DNA of 62,814 bases, counting the filler, from Choristocarpus tenellus KU-1152 (lineage: Eukaryota > Protista > Phaeophyceae), in assembly GCA_964200185.2 (NCBI GenBank). It is 9 parts of 9 records of this genome, joined end to end, with 100 filler letters (N's around TTAATTAATTAA, not from the genome) between each part and the next. Parts side by side here need not be neighbours in the genome. Positions count along the whole stretch, not along the records: positions 11,223 to 14,049 come from CAXNAD020024407.1; positions 14,150 to 17,260 come from CAXNAD020022253.1; positions 17,361 to 20,212 come from CAXNAD020024190.1; positions 20,313 to 27,292 come from CAXNAD020006929.1; 5 more parts are not named here. One strand, 5' to 3'. Below the pieces are notes generated by a model, which saw only the letters and a list, made by a program, of their open reading frames with translations, was not told where the DNA came from and did no database searches. Shown here piece by piece: positions 12,959 through 24,350 of this stretch. Position numbers and translations under genes: made by a program. The stretch's first letter is position 1. Each line of letters begins with the position of its first letter.

Positions 12959-14002
12959 ATGAAGGAAGAGCAAAACATGCTTGGCATATTTTCATTCATT
13001 ATTGTGTAAGGGTGAGGGACGGTGTTAGGGTTGGGGCATAGGGTTAGGGTTGGGACAGGTACTAGGGTTGGGATCGGAAACAGAAACTGGAAGGAACATC
13101 GTTTACTTCCAATACATATCGGAATGCGGATATCGGAGGACACAAACTTCGTCGTTAGGTTTCGTTCTGCTCTTGATGGGAGGATGTGTGCTTCACCGGT
13201 TCGGAGCTACGGTGGAACTGGTGAACACTACGTCTCTCTGATTTCAATGCAAATGTGTGATTTCGGAAGGATATGGTGAGCATATGCTTCGCTATGCCTA
13301 GTTTTCAAGCGCTAATCCCTCTTTCAGGTAATTACAGAACGTACAAGCTACATTGGAGTGTGTCTAGCTGTGACGGAGGCCTGGACTTTCCTTTGGGATG
13401 TCCTGGGATCTACCCCTCCGGAGTCCATGAGTTCATTCCTGTTGTTAGCCAGATCCCCTAGTGGCTGACAGGTCGTCATCGTACATCTGCGGTGTGATGG
13501 GTGTGGTCCTCTCGAAGAACTGCGACAACGATTCCTCTATATTGTCCAGGCCCCTTGGTTTGTTGTGGAGAGAGTGAGGGAGCGTGGGGTTTGTCGCATA
13601 CGTGGTTTGGCAAAAGTTTTTTTGTTATGCACTATAATATAATTTAACAAAACTGCCAATATATGAAAAAAAAATGCAAATTCAAAGTTTTGACCCTCTC
13701 GCACTATTGAAGAAATAGCGGATGGGGAGTTATATATACATTTTTATGTCTATTTGTTCTAGTTCAACACTGTCGTAGACATAGAAATTTCATTACATCT
13801 GTGAAGAGAGCAAAATTCCCCTTCTTAAATCTCCTTTTTGATTCCCAAGGAGAAGGAACACTCCAACTAGCCTGTTGTTCGTAACCACAATATATATACT
13901 ACTATTTAATACGGGTGCAACATTCGGTAAAGGCGGTTGTTCTCTTATTGATTTTTGTGAAATTGTTACACGCCGAAAAAAAAATAGGTTGAAAAGTCTA
14001 TA

Positions 14003-14049
14003 CAGTAGGTTACCCGATTTTGTTCACCCATGGGCATGCCCGAAAAAAG
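14003..14049 (+). mobile_element. Tc1/mariner-like terminal inverted repeat end
   Basis: TA|CAGTAGGTTACCCGATTTTGTTCACCCATGGGCATGCCCGAAAAAAG. A homologous reverse copy at ~27709-27755 also abuts TA. Confidence 0.5.
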
Positions 14050-14296
14050 NNNNNNNNNNNNNNNNNNNNNNNNNNNNNNNNNNNNNNNNNNNNTTAATTA
14101 ATTAANNNNNNNNNNNNNNNNNNNNNNNNNNNNNNNNNNNNNNNNNNNNGTGTCCTTGATTATTCTATCAACGATGTTGCCTGACCCCCCCCCCCCCTCC
14201 CACACACACATACATATCGTGTTGGCGTGGTAATAACGATGCCTCATCCTCGCTGACTGGGTGCATAATATTTTCCGTTTTCTGCCCATCGCGAAG

Positions 14297-16907
14297 GTGG
14301 GCGTTACTACCCCGGCAAAAACAACTCTACGAAACTGGCAGCAAGGTGTAAAGTCTCTTCGACCAGAGTCCTTCGAAGTACTGAAGGAAGTGTGTGAGAC
14401 CTCGTCACCACAGATTGACCACAACGCAGTCACACTGAACTATCTGATGAGCAAGGAGTTTGCCGGCTTCACTTCTCTCAAGCAGGGGCTATGCATCCAC
14501 CTGCTTGCTAGGCAAGTCAAAACGCCACAGTGTTTTATCGTGTAGACAGCAGTAGGCGTAGTTTGTGCAGGTCGCAGCACATTGCACAGGAGCGTGAAAT
14601 AAGTGTCTCATGCAATGAAGAATGTAGTCCGCCATTGTTGTGTCGAACGAAAAAGTGCTAAGTAGTATTCTGGTAATTCTACAGTGTGTGTTTCCTGTGT
14701 ATGTGCGCTCTTGTCTTTTAGGAAGTACGACAATCGAGTAATGAATATTTGCTGCAGTGGCGACCCTTTCCTCTTCATAACCTGCAATTCGTTCTTGTTG
14801 ACGTCCTCCATGGCAATTCTATTTTAGCAGGTACAAGTCGTTCTACGGGAAGGCTCCTACGGCGAGGGACCACAAGGACATCGAATCGAGCGTGCACATA
14901 TCTGAGATGGTTATCTCGCGCACCAGGCAGATTGTGCCCAAGGAGAAGTTGACACCAGAGCTCCAAAGGTTGGTAAATGGTGCAGTTGCAGCGGTTATCT
15001 TTTTTTGCCTTTGTCGTATCTCCTGTGCACCCATACGTCGCCATGCGCCCCTGAATTGTAAAATTCACCGTCAGCGTCTTTTTCTGCACCGCACTTATTG
15101 ATTGTTGCAAAACCGCTCTGAATTCCGGACGTTACGTGAATGATGCACGGGCTGCCAGGGAAATGAACAGGCTCGCATACGAGAAGTGCAGTATGCACCA
15201 CCTCTGGGTCAAGCCCCACTACGAGGAGAGGAAGAGGCAGGTGGCGGCCCAACATCTGCAGAAGGTTTCATCTGGCGACCAACAGGCGGGGTCCGTCCGC
15301 CAACTGAGGGCAAACATCTCCACGGTAGTCGGAATGAAACCTCTGCAACGTGTCAGAGCTGTGAGTGTGCCTCCTGTGTTCGTAATTACAGCTGAAATGA
15401 CTTGTACCGAAAAAAATAGTTGATGCTTGGTAGGATTGGTTGTGGGTCTTCGTCATCATCATGAGCGACAGAGTTGCCTTCCATACTACAAACGTTGCTG
15501 TTTTGTCAGTTCTAGTCTTTTGTTACTAATAGCGGGAATAGCAAATCGTTTCCTTCAACTGTAGACAACGATCTTGGTCAATCTCCACCTCGTTTCTGCC
15601 TCCAACACGCGTCACTGAAAAAACCTACATACGGATTGGCGTCCTCGACATGGACTTATTTCAAACTATTTCGCCCCGCATGCCGCCTCCATTAAACACG
15701 TTCACCACGTCAACCGTATCGTTTGCTGTGTTCGCTCCTCCATACTATCGGACTTCCATTACACCATCCCATTTTTCACGTCACCATCGTCCCCTCCTCT
15801 CCTCAACGACGCCCCCCGCCGTCTCCACTACTAGATTCTCGAGAAGGACTCGACTCTACGCGCTTATCTCACCACCTGGGATGGGAAATACCAGGATGTA
15901 CTCAACCAGGTCAACCTCCACCAGGTTCACAGCGGGCGGGGCTGTGATGGAGGCGGCACAGAAGTTGAGAGCAACAACGGATCGGCATCAGATGGCCGTG
16001 AGAAAGAAGATGAGGGAGGGCGCGAACATCAAGGAGGGGATGGAGACGAGGGAGGGGACGAACACTAAGGAGGGGACGAAGACGAGGGAGGGAACGGACT
16101 GCCAGACAGGGAGGATACGGGCGAAGGGGGTCCTGTCGGCAGTGTTCCTGGTGCGGAAGAAGAACAAAACGGCCATGGAGGGTGGAACGAGGGTGTTTGC
16201 TGTACTGACTGCAATTCTCCACCTACGTCTCGGTGAGTAATGTAGTTGTAACGGTGCACACAAGAGCAGAGTGTAATTAATAGCGTAAGATTGGTTTCCA
16301 TCCAATCCCCCGAACGGATAGATACGTTGTATCTTTTCAGTGGCGCACGCCATTGAATCGATGGTATGTTGCGGGGTCCCTCTATGTGCGGCGCTGCGGT
16401 CGCTACCCCCACGTCTCTTTATTTGCCACTGTCCGATTGTGTGTTAATGCATGTACATCACCGACTGTTGTATCTCACCTGTACTACTTCATGCTGTTTT
16501 GCGCGGCCAATTTCGTGGTCCTTCTTAACCGTGGATCCCCATGTTGTGTTGTTGCGCCCAATTAATGATCTGGAAAAATAATATCCTGTCTGTTTAACAC
16601 TCTGATTCGATGACACACGTGACAGGTATTCATGCCCAAAGTGCTCCATCACGCATATGGGCGAATGTGCGTACGCGGACATTATAGACGACAAGAGACA
16701 CATGAATCGATTATGTATCAATTGCCCCATGGCACAGGAGGGCAGTGAAGGGTCTGGATCGGTGGGGAATGAAGCGGCGGGTTGGGGCAGGGGCAGGGGC
16801 GGGGGCAAGGGCAAGGCTCACGCAAGGAGCGCGGGCAGGTCACCCATGACGCAAAGCCTTTTACGTCCCCCCTCACGCAGCGAAACAGCCGACATGGAGA
16901 AGTGCAT
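14297..16907 (+). pseudogene. Spliced gene of unknown function with an acidic G/D/E linker and a C-terminal PHD/RING-like zinc finger; in-frame TAA at 16066-16068
   Basis: Exons 14297-14511 (GC donor), 14831-14968, 15159-15360, 15835-16232 and 16626-~16907 join in frame. The finger CTDCNSPPTSR|YSCPKCSITHMGEC..LCINC spans an intron. The single TAA sits in an 18-bp repeat whose sister copy has CAA. Confidence 0.6.
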
Positions 16908-17360
16908 GTGGGTCTCGGCGTGGTTGCACATTAGACAGACACACAAGACGTCTCTGCGTGTTTGTTTTCGCGTTGGTTTGCACATAGGTCTTAGCTGCTT
17001 GTACATCATGTGGATTGCTCGTCCTTTGTGCCTTGGATATGTCGTTTTTTTGGAGGTTTCCATGGGCCATAGAACTTAATGTTTGACGTCTACCCTCCTT
17101 CCACGAGATTTATCTGATGAGTCTGGCGTTGTGGAGGGTACAGCCTGACATTTTGGAGATGCCGTGGAAATATTGTCAGGACCTCACTTAATGAAAAGAT
17201 TGCCTGCACCGTAGCTTACTACGCTGTCCTTCTTGTCGTGCTGTCTGTCTACTGTGTCGTNNNNNNNNNNNNNNNNNNNNNNNNNNNNNNNNNNNNNNNN
17301 NNNNTTAATTAATTAANNNNNNNNNNNNNNNNNNNNNNNNNNNNNNNNNNNNNNNNNNNN

Positions 17361-18300
17361 CATAGTCCCGCTCCATCCTCAATTTTGAGAATTGGCTGTT
17401 AAATGTCGAAGGTGAACAAGAGGCAGAGGATAGTAATGTGTGGGAGTAGGAGGAGTTCTTTTGGGGATGACATGAAGGAAATGAAAAAAATATGGACCTG
17501 GAGAAATTGGTGAAGATCAAGGTCAAGATATACGGAGAATTGGAAATAGGTGCTGCAACACACATAAACACCACCAAGTGAAGCTCCAGAGACTGGATTA
17601 TCTGTCCAATCATATGATGGCAATCCACCATCAATAGCGGTATTGGATTATAGATATAGCACATCACAGATTCGTACTGTTGTCTGATCAGTATTATCCT
17701 ATTGTGCATTATTGCTTCTGTAGAAGATTTCATTCAGGTGTGGTGGAATATTTGTGGAAGTTTCCAGTTTAGTACCTTGGAGGGGAGGAGTTATTCATGT
17801 GATCCAGTATCAACATTGATCATGACATACCCAGACATTTCATCTACGTCAGTGCTAGCCCAGGCAACACATTTTGTGATCCCACGGTTAATGGTAGGAA
17901 GCCCGCACAGTGATGGTGATAGGTTCCTTCTGGGTATGAGTACGAGTGCATTAAAGTACAGGGATTTCTCATACTATGGGATTGCACCAAAGTGCCAGCT
18001 GATCAGCTATGCAGATCCTATTTACGCATATTATGTTGAGACTCCATTTTCAGTGTCTGGAGGGAGGTGTTGTATGGGGGAGCTTGAGGGCCTTGGTTAT
18101 ATCTCATATGGAGAAGACAGTCACATTATCTACGATGGAGACAGAGTATGTGACGCTTTGTGACTTGGAAAAGGAGGTGATATGTTAGCAGCATATACAG
18201 TTCTATCTTCAGCCAGGTATCGAGAGATACAGAGTACTATTGTTGATGGAGGATAATGATGGAGTCATTAAGTGCACAGCATACGGGATCGAGTGAGTGG
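17361..18300 (-). mobile_element. Possible second Copia fragment (integrase C-terminal/SH3-like region)
   Basis: Minus-strand KCVAWASTD..SGYVMINVDTG (~17800-17880) loosely resembles the Copia KC.FLGY..GY motif. Heavily degraded. Confidence 0.3.
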
Positions 18301-18379
18301 ATTGACAATGGCTTTCAATAACCCAAACCTCAAATAGCCCTTCCTATCTAACACCTATTCCTTCTCACAATGCATGATA

Positions 18380-20212
18380 GTCATACATGGAACTCCAACT
18401 GTGACTTAACTCAAAACCTGGCCATGGATCCCTGTACCGATATTCACTCCCTACATATCTGATTTGTAACCTTTGCTCATTCTCCGTTATCTCACAGAAT
18501 GGTATCTATAATCAATATGCTTAGACTTGGTTATCAGAAGGGGAGTCTGTCCAGATTTATGCTTGAATACTCGTTTGATATAGTGATGAATACAATAGTG
18601 TTGGATCAAGACTGCGATGTTAGGACTACAGATATGGGGCATACTGCATCTTCTTGAGTGGAACCATCCATGCATGACATCACATATAGAGAAGAATGTG
18701 TATATCGTATTGTGTACGATTCACATTTGACGACATTTTCTGTTGGATATCTCAGGAGTGGGTCAAAGTATCTGGGGGGGGTGGCAGCGGTCCATTTGGT
18801 GTCAATTTTTTCATGTTACGATTTTTGGGTGATTGTTTTGGGTTGCATACTCCGGATGGATAATGTAAATGCACTTTTCCTGATCTTTCCCCAAATGGAC
18901 ACCCTGGTCTAGACCCCCCCCCCCCCCCCCCCAAAACCTTGGGGGAGTGGGGGGATAGCCCCCCCAATTGGGGANNNNNNNNNNGGTCTAGACCCACCCT
19001 CCCCCCCCGCCAAATACTTTGGGTCAGTGGTAGGATAGCCCACCATATGGGAGACTGACTGCTCACTGCAACATCTGGAATTGGATAACTATCAAATTTA
19101 ATATAAACAACATATATAGATAAAATCCCTGCAATGCCATCTGAAAACCTTCATACACACAGCCCATTTGGTAGAAGCTTCTTCGGAAGCATTACAACCC
19201 TTCACACTGAAGATATTGCCGACCGGATGATGTCCAAGTGACCGCCCTCGATCATTGAGATAACGCTATTGCACCAGGGAAGAAAGTCGCTTGACTGTCG
19301 CATACCACTAGGAGGATGCAGCCACCAAAGTCCTTCACAGTAAGGACCAGGCAGGTTGTGGTTACAATAGAAGGGCATCTCATTGGTGGCATGACCTGGC
19401 AAAATCCTTCTTGAGATAGTTGCATGATGGCTGGGGGATGGTTTGGGTTTAGAATATGTAACCCATCAGGAACAGAGTGGTTTTCTACCCTGACAATCCA
19501 CATTACACAAGATGCACACCGCATGTGCCCTCCAGGAGCTTGGTCAACCAAAGCACACGTACTTCTCTGTTCGCATGTTATATTTTCCTACACAATGCAT
19601 GTTCGTTTGAGACCCTCCGCCTGATGCCCTAAGTACATAATCGATCAGTTTTTACTATTTTTGCATCTTGACTCTCAACTTGAACACCTCTCAGAGGAAC
19701 TAAAATTTTAATTCTCTGACAATTCCAACCGCAAAAATGACCACTGCTTTGATTTCTGTCATATCAACAAGTTCTATCTATTCACCAGTGCAACTTGGTG
19801 GACTTCGTAAGTTGCATGCAATCCGTGAGAAACTAGAGGAACTCTCTGAAACTTCAATCAATCTAAGAAGCAGAATGCCCTCTCATGTTATCCCCCCCTC
19901 TTTCTCTGTGTTGTTGGAAGTCCTCTTATCTATATAAACTCAAGTTAAAATAAAATATATTCTGTGAAGTGGCCCTCACCATATATCTCAACATTAGTCA
20001 AACCATTTTCCGCTCCTGCTACATATGTGCATACCGTGTAATTCCAAGTGTAAGCAAAGATGGTCCATCCGACCCTGCCAGACCAGCTCTCCTCCTTGCA
20101 CTCTGTTTGCATCACTAACTCTTCCTAAAATACAAAGAACACTAAATCAATTCTATTCCGTGAATGACTAATCAAACTAATCTGAAATTACTTCCCACAC
20201 TGCTTCCTATTC
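18380..20212 (-). mobile_element. Degraded Ty1/Copia RT-RNase H remnant
   Basis: KSKHIDYRYHSVR (Copia RNase H KHID motif, ~18490-18530). RT segments IMQLSQEGFCQ (~19395-19430) and HLDIIRSAISSV (RPDI-like, ~19205-19240). Confidence 0.75.
18760..19025. mobile_element. MITE of the same family inserted in a Copia remnant (contains a 10-N gap)
   Basis: Termini GGGTCAAAGTATCTGGGGGG ... CAAATACTTTGGGTC. AGT duplication at 18757-18759 and 19026-19028. The internal sequence matches 1371-1551. Confidence 0.8.
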
Positions 20213-21789
20213 NNNNNNNNNNNNNNNNNNNNNNNNNNNNNNNNNNNNNNNNNNNNTTAATTAATTAANNNNNNNNNNNNNNNNNNNNNNNNNNNNNNNN
20301 NNNNNNNNNNNNGGGGTGGGGTGGTGGAAGTGGGGATGAGGGGGCGGGGGGGGTTTGGGGGGCTGTTTTTTTTTTTTTTTGTTAGGCAGTTCCTTTAACC
20401 CATGATGCAAATGAGTCATTCTAGCTGAGAGGTATGCACATTTTGGGCGTTTTTCATTATATTATCACTTTTTTCACCCCCTTTGTAACATACCTATTTT
20501 CATGTTTTGTGTCACAATAGAAGCCGCCCCCAAAACAAAGGTGTTAATCCAGAAGAGATACCAATAACCAAATACCCCATAATTGAGTAAAGATCATTCT
20601 CGTATCATACGAAAGACTTGTTGTGGCCATTTCTGGTAATCATTATACTACATGCAATTTTGTATAGTCCAAGTAACTCAGAGGAGAGTGTTTTTGCCGC
20701 TTGGAGTTTTCAGGAGGTTTTCAACTATGTTTAAAAGGAAATATTCAAAAGGGGGCCTCGATGAGGATAACTTGGTTCCTCAAGCCGACAGTACTCACAA
20801 AACAGCCAAATACAATCAAATGCTGTGAATTGTGTACTCCAAGAACATGTCCCACCAGAAAGTAAGAGGGACCCTCTAAAAATACACAGTTACTTTTTCT
20901 CATACCCCTCAGCTAATAGGACTCAATCTACTCTCTATTGCTGTTTCCATTATTGATGCGGTTGGTATTCCATGCATTTGAGATGTATCAATCTCATGAT
21001 CAGAAGGCATCAAGAGGAGATGCGGTAATGGAACACTCCAAGAAGTATGTAACTGTACAAAAAATAAGCAAAAAAAAGGAATAAAAACTCAGCCTGAGCC
21101 GAACCAATGGAGAGGTAGGCAGGGTTGCATTTTAAGGATCCATAGTAAGGCAAAAGACACCATTTTGTTTAACTGTAGAAAGAGCCTTCTCTACGATGTG
21201 ATGTCACTTTTGAGTCGAAGTAAAGCAAGAGCTACCCAGCGTGGCATTTTAAGGATCTCGGAAAATTCGTGTATAGTTCGAATTTTTCTACTGAATTGTG
21301 TAGGATATTTCCGAATTATGTTGATATCTTTCAAAAAATAGACAAACCATCTCAAGTCAAACTTAGCACTTCATCCATAGAAATATTGGTGAATTGCAAA
21401 ATATTGAATAACTGGGTACCTCTTATTTACTTTGACTCCCCATGTGTGTAAAGGGGGAACATCGATTTTGCATACACTATTATGCAGATCAAGCAATGTA
21501 ATAGAGTATTACCGAGAGTAAGAAAGATAACTTCCAACTCAAAAGGGTCCACACCTGCATACCTCTCAATGGATTTGATTCCATAGAAAAGTCAGGGTCG
21601 CAATCCATTGCATCCATCTACAACACGGGTAGCATGATATCACCAAAATATATTCACACTCCACATTAAACCCAAGGGAAATAGACCAGCGAGGAGAGCA
21701 ACATTGAACAGGTTGTAGGAATCTACTAATTGAGTATGTACCTCGATCTTCTTGTGCTGTCTTAACTGCTGCTTTAGCAAGATGTATGT

Positions 21790-24350
21790 AAGCTAAAATA
21801 GAGTGCCTGGCATGCCACTCATTCGAGGTCTTGGTTCCATTAACTGTGCATTCATACCACCTGCGTTAGTTTGTTGGTCTTGTGTGCCACCTCCCAGCCA
21901 AGACCCAAAAATCCGCATGATTCTCTTTCAAACATCTCTTATCAGTCTCTTTCCTGTCCACCTTCCATCAGCTTTCTATACACAAGCTCCCCAAACAGCC
22001 ATGTCTTCTGTAGTCTCCATACCTTGTGCATGCGATAGATCCTGCAGGCACGAGCCTCTATTTTGGCACAATGATAATGTCATCCAGTCTACACAAGGGT
22101 ATCTGTGTATGACAGAGTGTGATTGGTGCGTTACTGCTGGTGAAACTGTATGAAGCACAAGAGAGATTTGTGGTGGTGAGATTGAAGCCTGACATAATGT
22201 ACCTGGCAGGGTCTCCATGTCTCACAACCATATATCAGGCTGGCAAGGGCCTTAGGCTTGAGATTTTGGAGATTGTTTGCACTCATGCGATGTACCTGTA
22301 ATTGTGTTTTAAAGCACTTGTCTGTGCTTATGGTGATCTCCAAGGAAAACACTTCTTGGTCTGATTGTAGCTCTGGCCTTGAGGCTGGATCTATCAAAAT
22401 GTTGGTGGTCACATGCCCTCGTCATCTTCACAATTCACTACCACCATTCTGGCTAGACTTGCTTGAAAACTTAGTATGTGGTACCTCTATGAGCAATGGA
22501 CAAACTTCTCACGAAGGTAAAAAAAAATCCAGCCAAGTTGGGAAAGGGCACGTGGATGTTCCCCCCCCATGGCGATTTGACAGCGAGCATCTTTCTCTGT
22601 TGGTCTTACCACTTCTTGTCTGTACCTCCGTACAGCGAGAAATGCAGTAGTGTCATCAGTTGCGTGGAAGCAGCTCAAGGGGTATCTTGTTGATCGTTCA
22701 GTCCATCGGTACTTCTTTGGAGAGTGCAACTTGTGCATAACAATATCTTTGTTGCTCACTCCTACAGGTGTCACAAACGACTCACCTATTCAAATGGGCT
22801 CCTTGCTTTCCTAAAAAAGGAACGAGTAATGGCAAACCAGTCCATATAGATTTCAACTGTAGCAGCATCTCTTGAATGTCATCTCTCATCCTACCACTCC
22901 ACTTGGTTTTGCCTCATTTAGCTAGGATGGTACTTAAGCAATTGAAAGCTCATGTGATGTGGAGATTGTTGCTGAATTGTCAATAGGGTATGATTAAATT
23001 GACACTGAATTACTCTTGTAGAGTGTGGGAGTCTCTTGGCAAATCATGAAATTCCTCACCAGTCGTAATTATACTGAATTATACATTGTCCTGGTGGTAA
23101 TATCTGACTCAGCATATTATGTATGATGTAGCATGTAATTCATATCAATATATGTTCTATTGACAACATGAAACTTTCCTGTTGGCGTTTTTCAAGCCCT
23201 AGCCTGGAACTGAAAAAAATCAGACCAGTAAGAATTACACCATTGCACTTTGACCATGTCTGAAGTGTTAAATGGATTGTATCTGATTTGTCCTTATCAT
23301 TGGTTATTTGAATTTCCTCGGCCTAACCAAACTGACCAAAGTATTCCTGTTAGCATCATTATTATTTTGTCATTGCGTTAGCCGGAGGGATCATAGACCC
23401 ATGGTCGAAATGGCAGCCTAAAAAAGGCACTACACATATACTATATGAGAAGGTTGAATCAATGACTGAATAATCTGCTTTAACCCTTTTGGGTTTTTTT
23501 ACCTGTAATCAATGTATACTGGTCTGGGTTTTTTTGTGTTGAGGCCCACCCTACCTTTATCAGCCCTTGCAACATAGCCAGAATACATTTTACTGTGACG
23601 AACAATTTAGGCACTATCCTTAGCACCGCAGCGAAATAGATGTTGAACAGGATGAAAGGAAGAACACATCATTGATGAAAACCTTTTCCCACTTCAAAGC
23701 AGTTCAAATATTTCCATCATTGAAGTAGACACACGATCACATTCCAACTTGGAACTTGTGGATGAGTGTGAGACCCTCTTGTGCACTCCAAACCTGCAAG
23801 CACTGCCCACAAGAGATTGCGTCAACAGAGTTGTGTGTTTTTTGTAGGTCAATAAAACATTTGGACAATGGTAAGTGCTTTTCCAGTCTGAGCTTGTGGA
23901 GAGCACACACATATCCACTGTGTAGTGTTGAGGCCAGAAACCATAGAGTGGTTGATCGACTTGTCATTCAGGAGCACCTCAAAATGTGTTTTTCCCTGAC
24001 AATTCCATACTAGATCCCGTCTCTCTTTGCAGCCTGCCTGAATCATTGTGGATGTGTTGGCAGGAACTCTGCCATGTGCTCCATACATTGAACCCTTTCA
24101 GATGTTGGTGAAATCCAGCTTTGATCCCATGGTGGATGTGTTCTTTCATCTTCCTGCATGGCAAATTCTCATGGACCATACTTGTAAAAGTTTATCAAGG
24201 TGTTGGGCCTCTCGACTTGAGATGGTCACCTCACATGCTGATAGCTCGCATGCAGAAGAAACCTTTGGCCTGGTTGATTGTGCGATTTCAGTATGTGGGT
24301 GGGAAAAGTCGATTGTGCGTTCTGACGTTGGTAAATGGATTGTGTGCTTA
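21790..24350 (-). mobile_element. Degraded RTE-clade non-LTR retrotransposon RT region (may extend to ~25250)
   Basis: Minus-strand motifs CFIDLQKTHNSVD (~23820-23865), CVLPFILFNIYFAAVL (~23620-23668) and LIYGCETW..LQSHHHKSLL (~22160-22240). Interrupted by other sequence. Confidence 0.8.

Noticed and set aside
16066-16068. TAA reassigned to Gln (alternative genetic code)
   Set aside because: The inferred stops here are TGA and this TAA aligns with CAA. However, no other in-frame TAA/TAG occurs in well over a thousand spliced codons with many CAA/CAG, so a point mutation is simpler.
15650-16240. 196-aa ORF from the track as a CDS
   Set aside because: The splice phases and the zinc finger support a different frame (exon 15835-16232).
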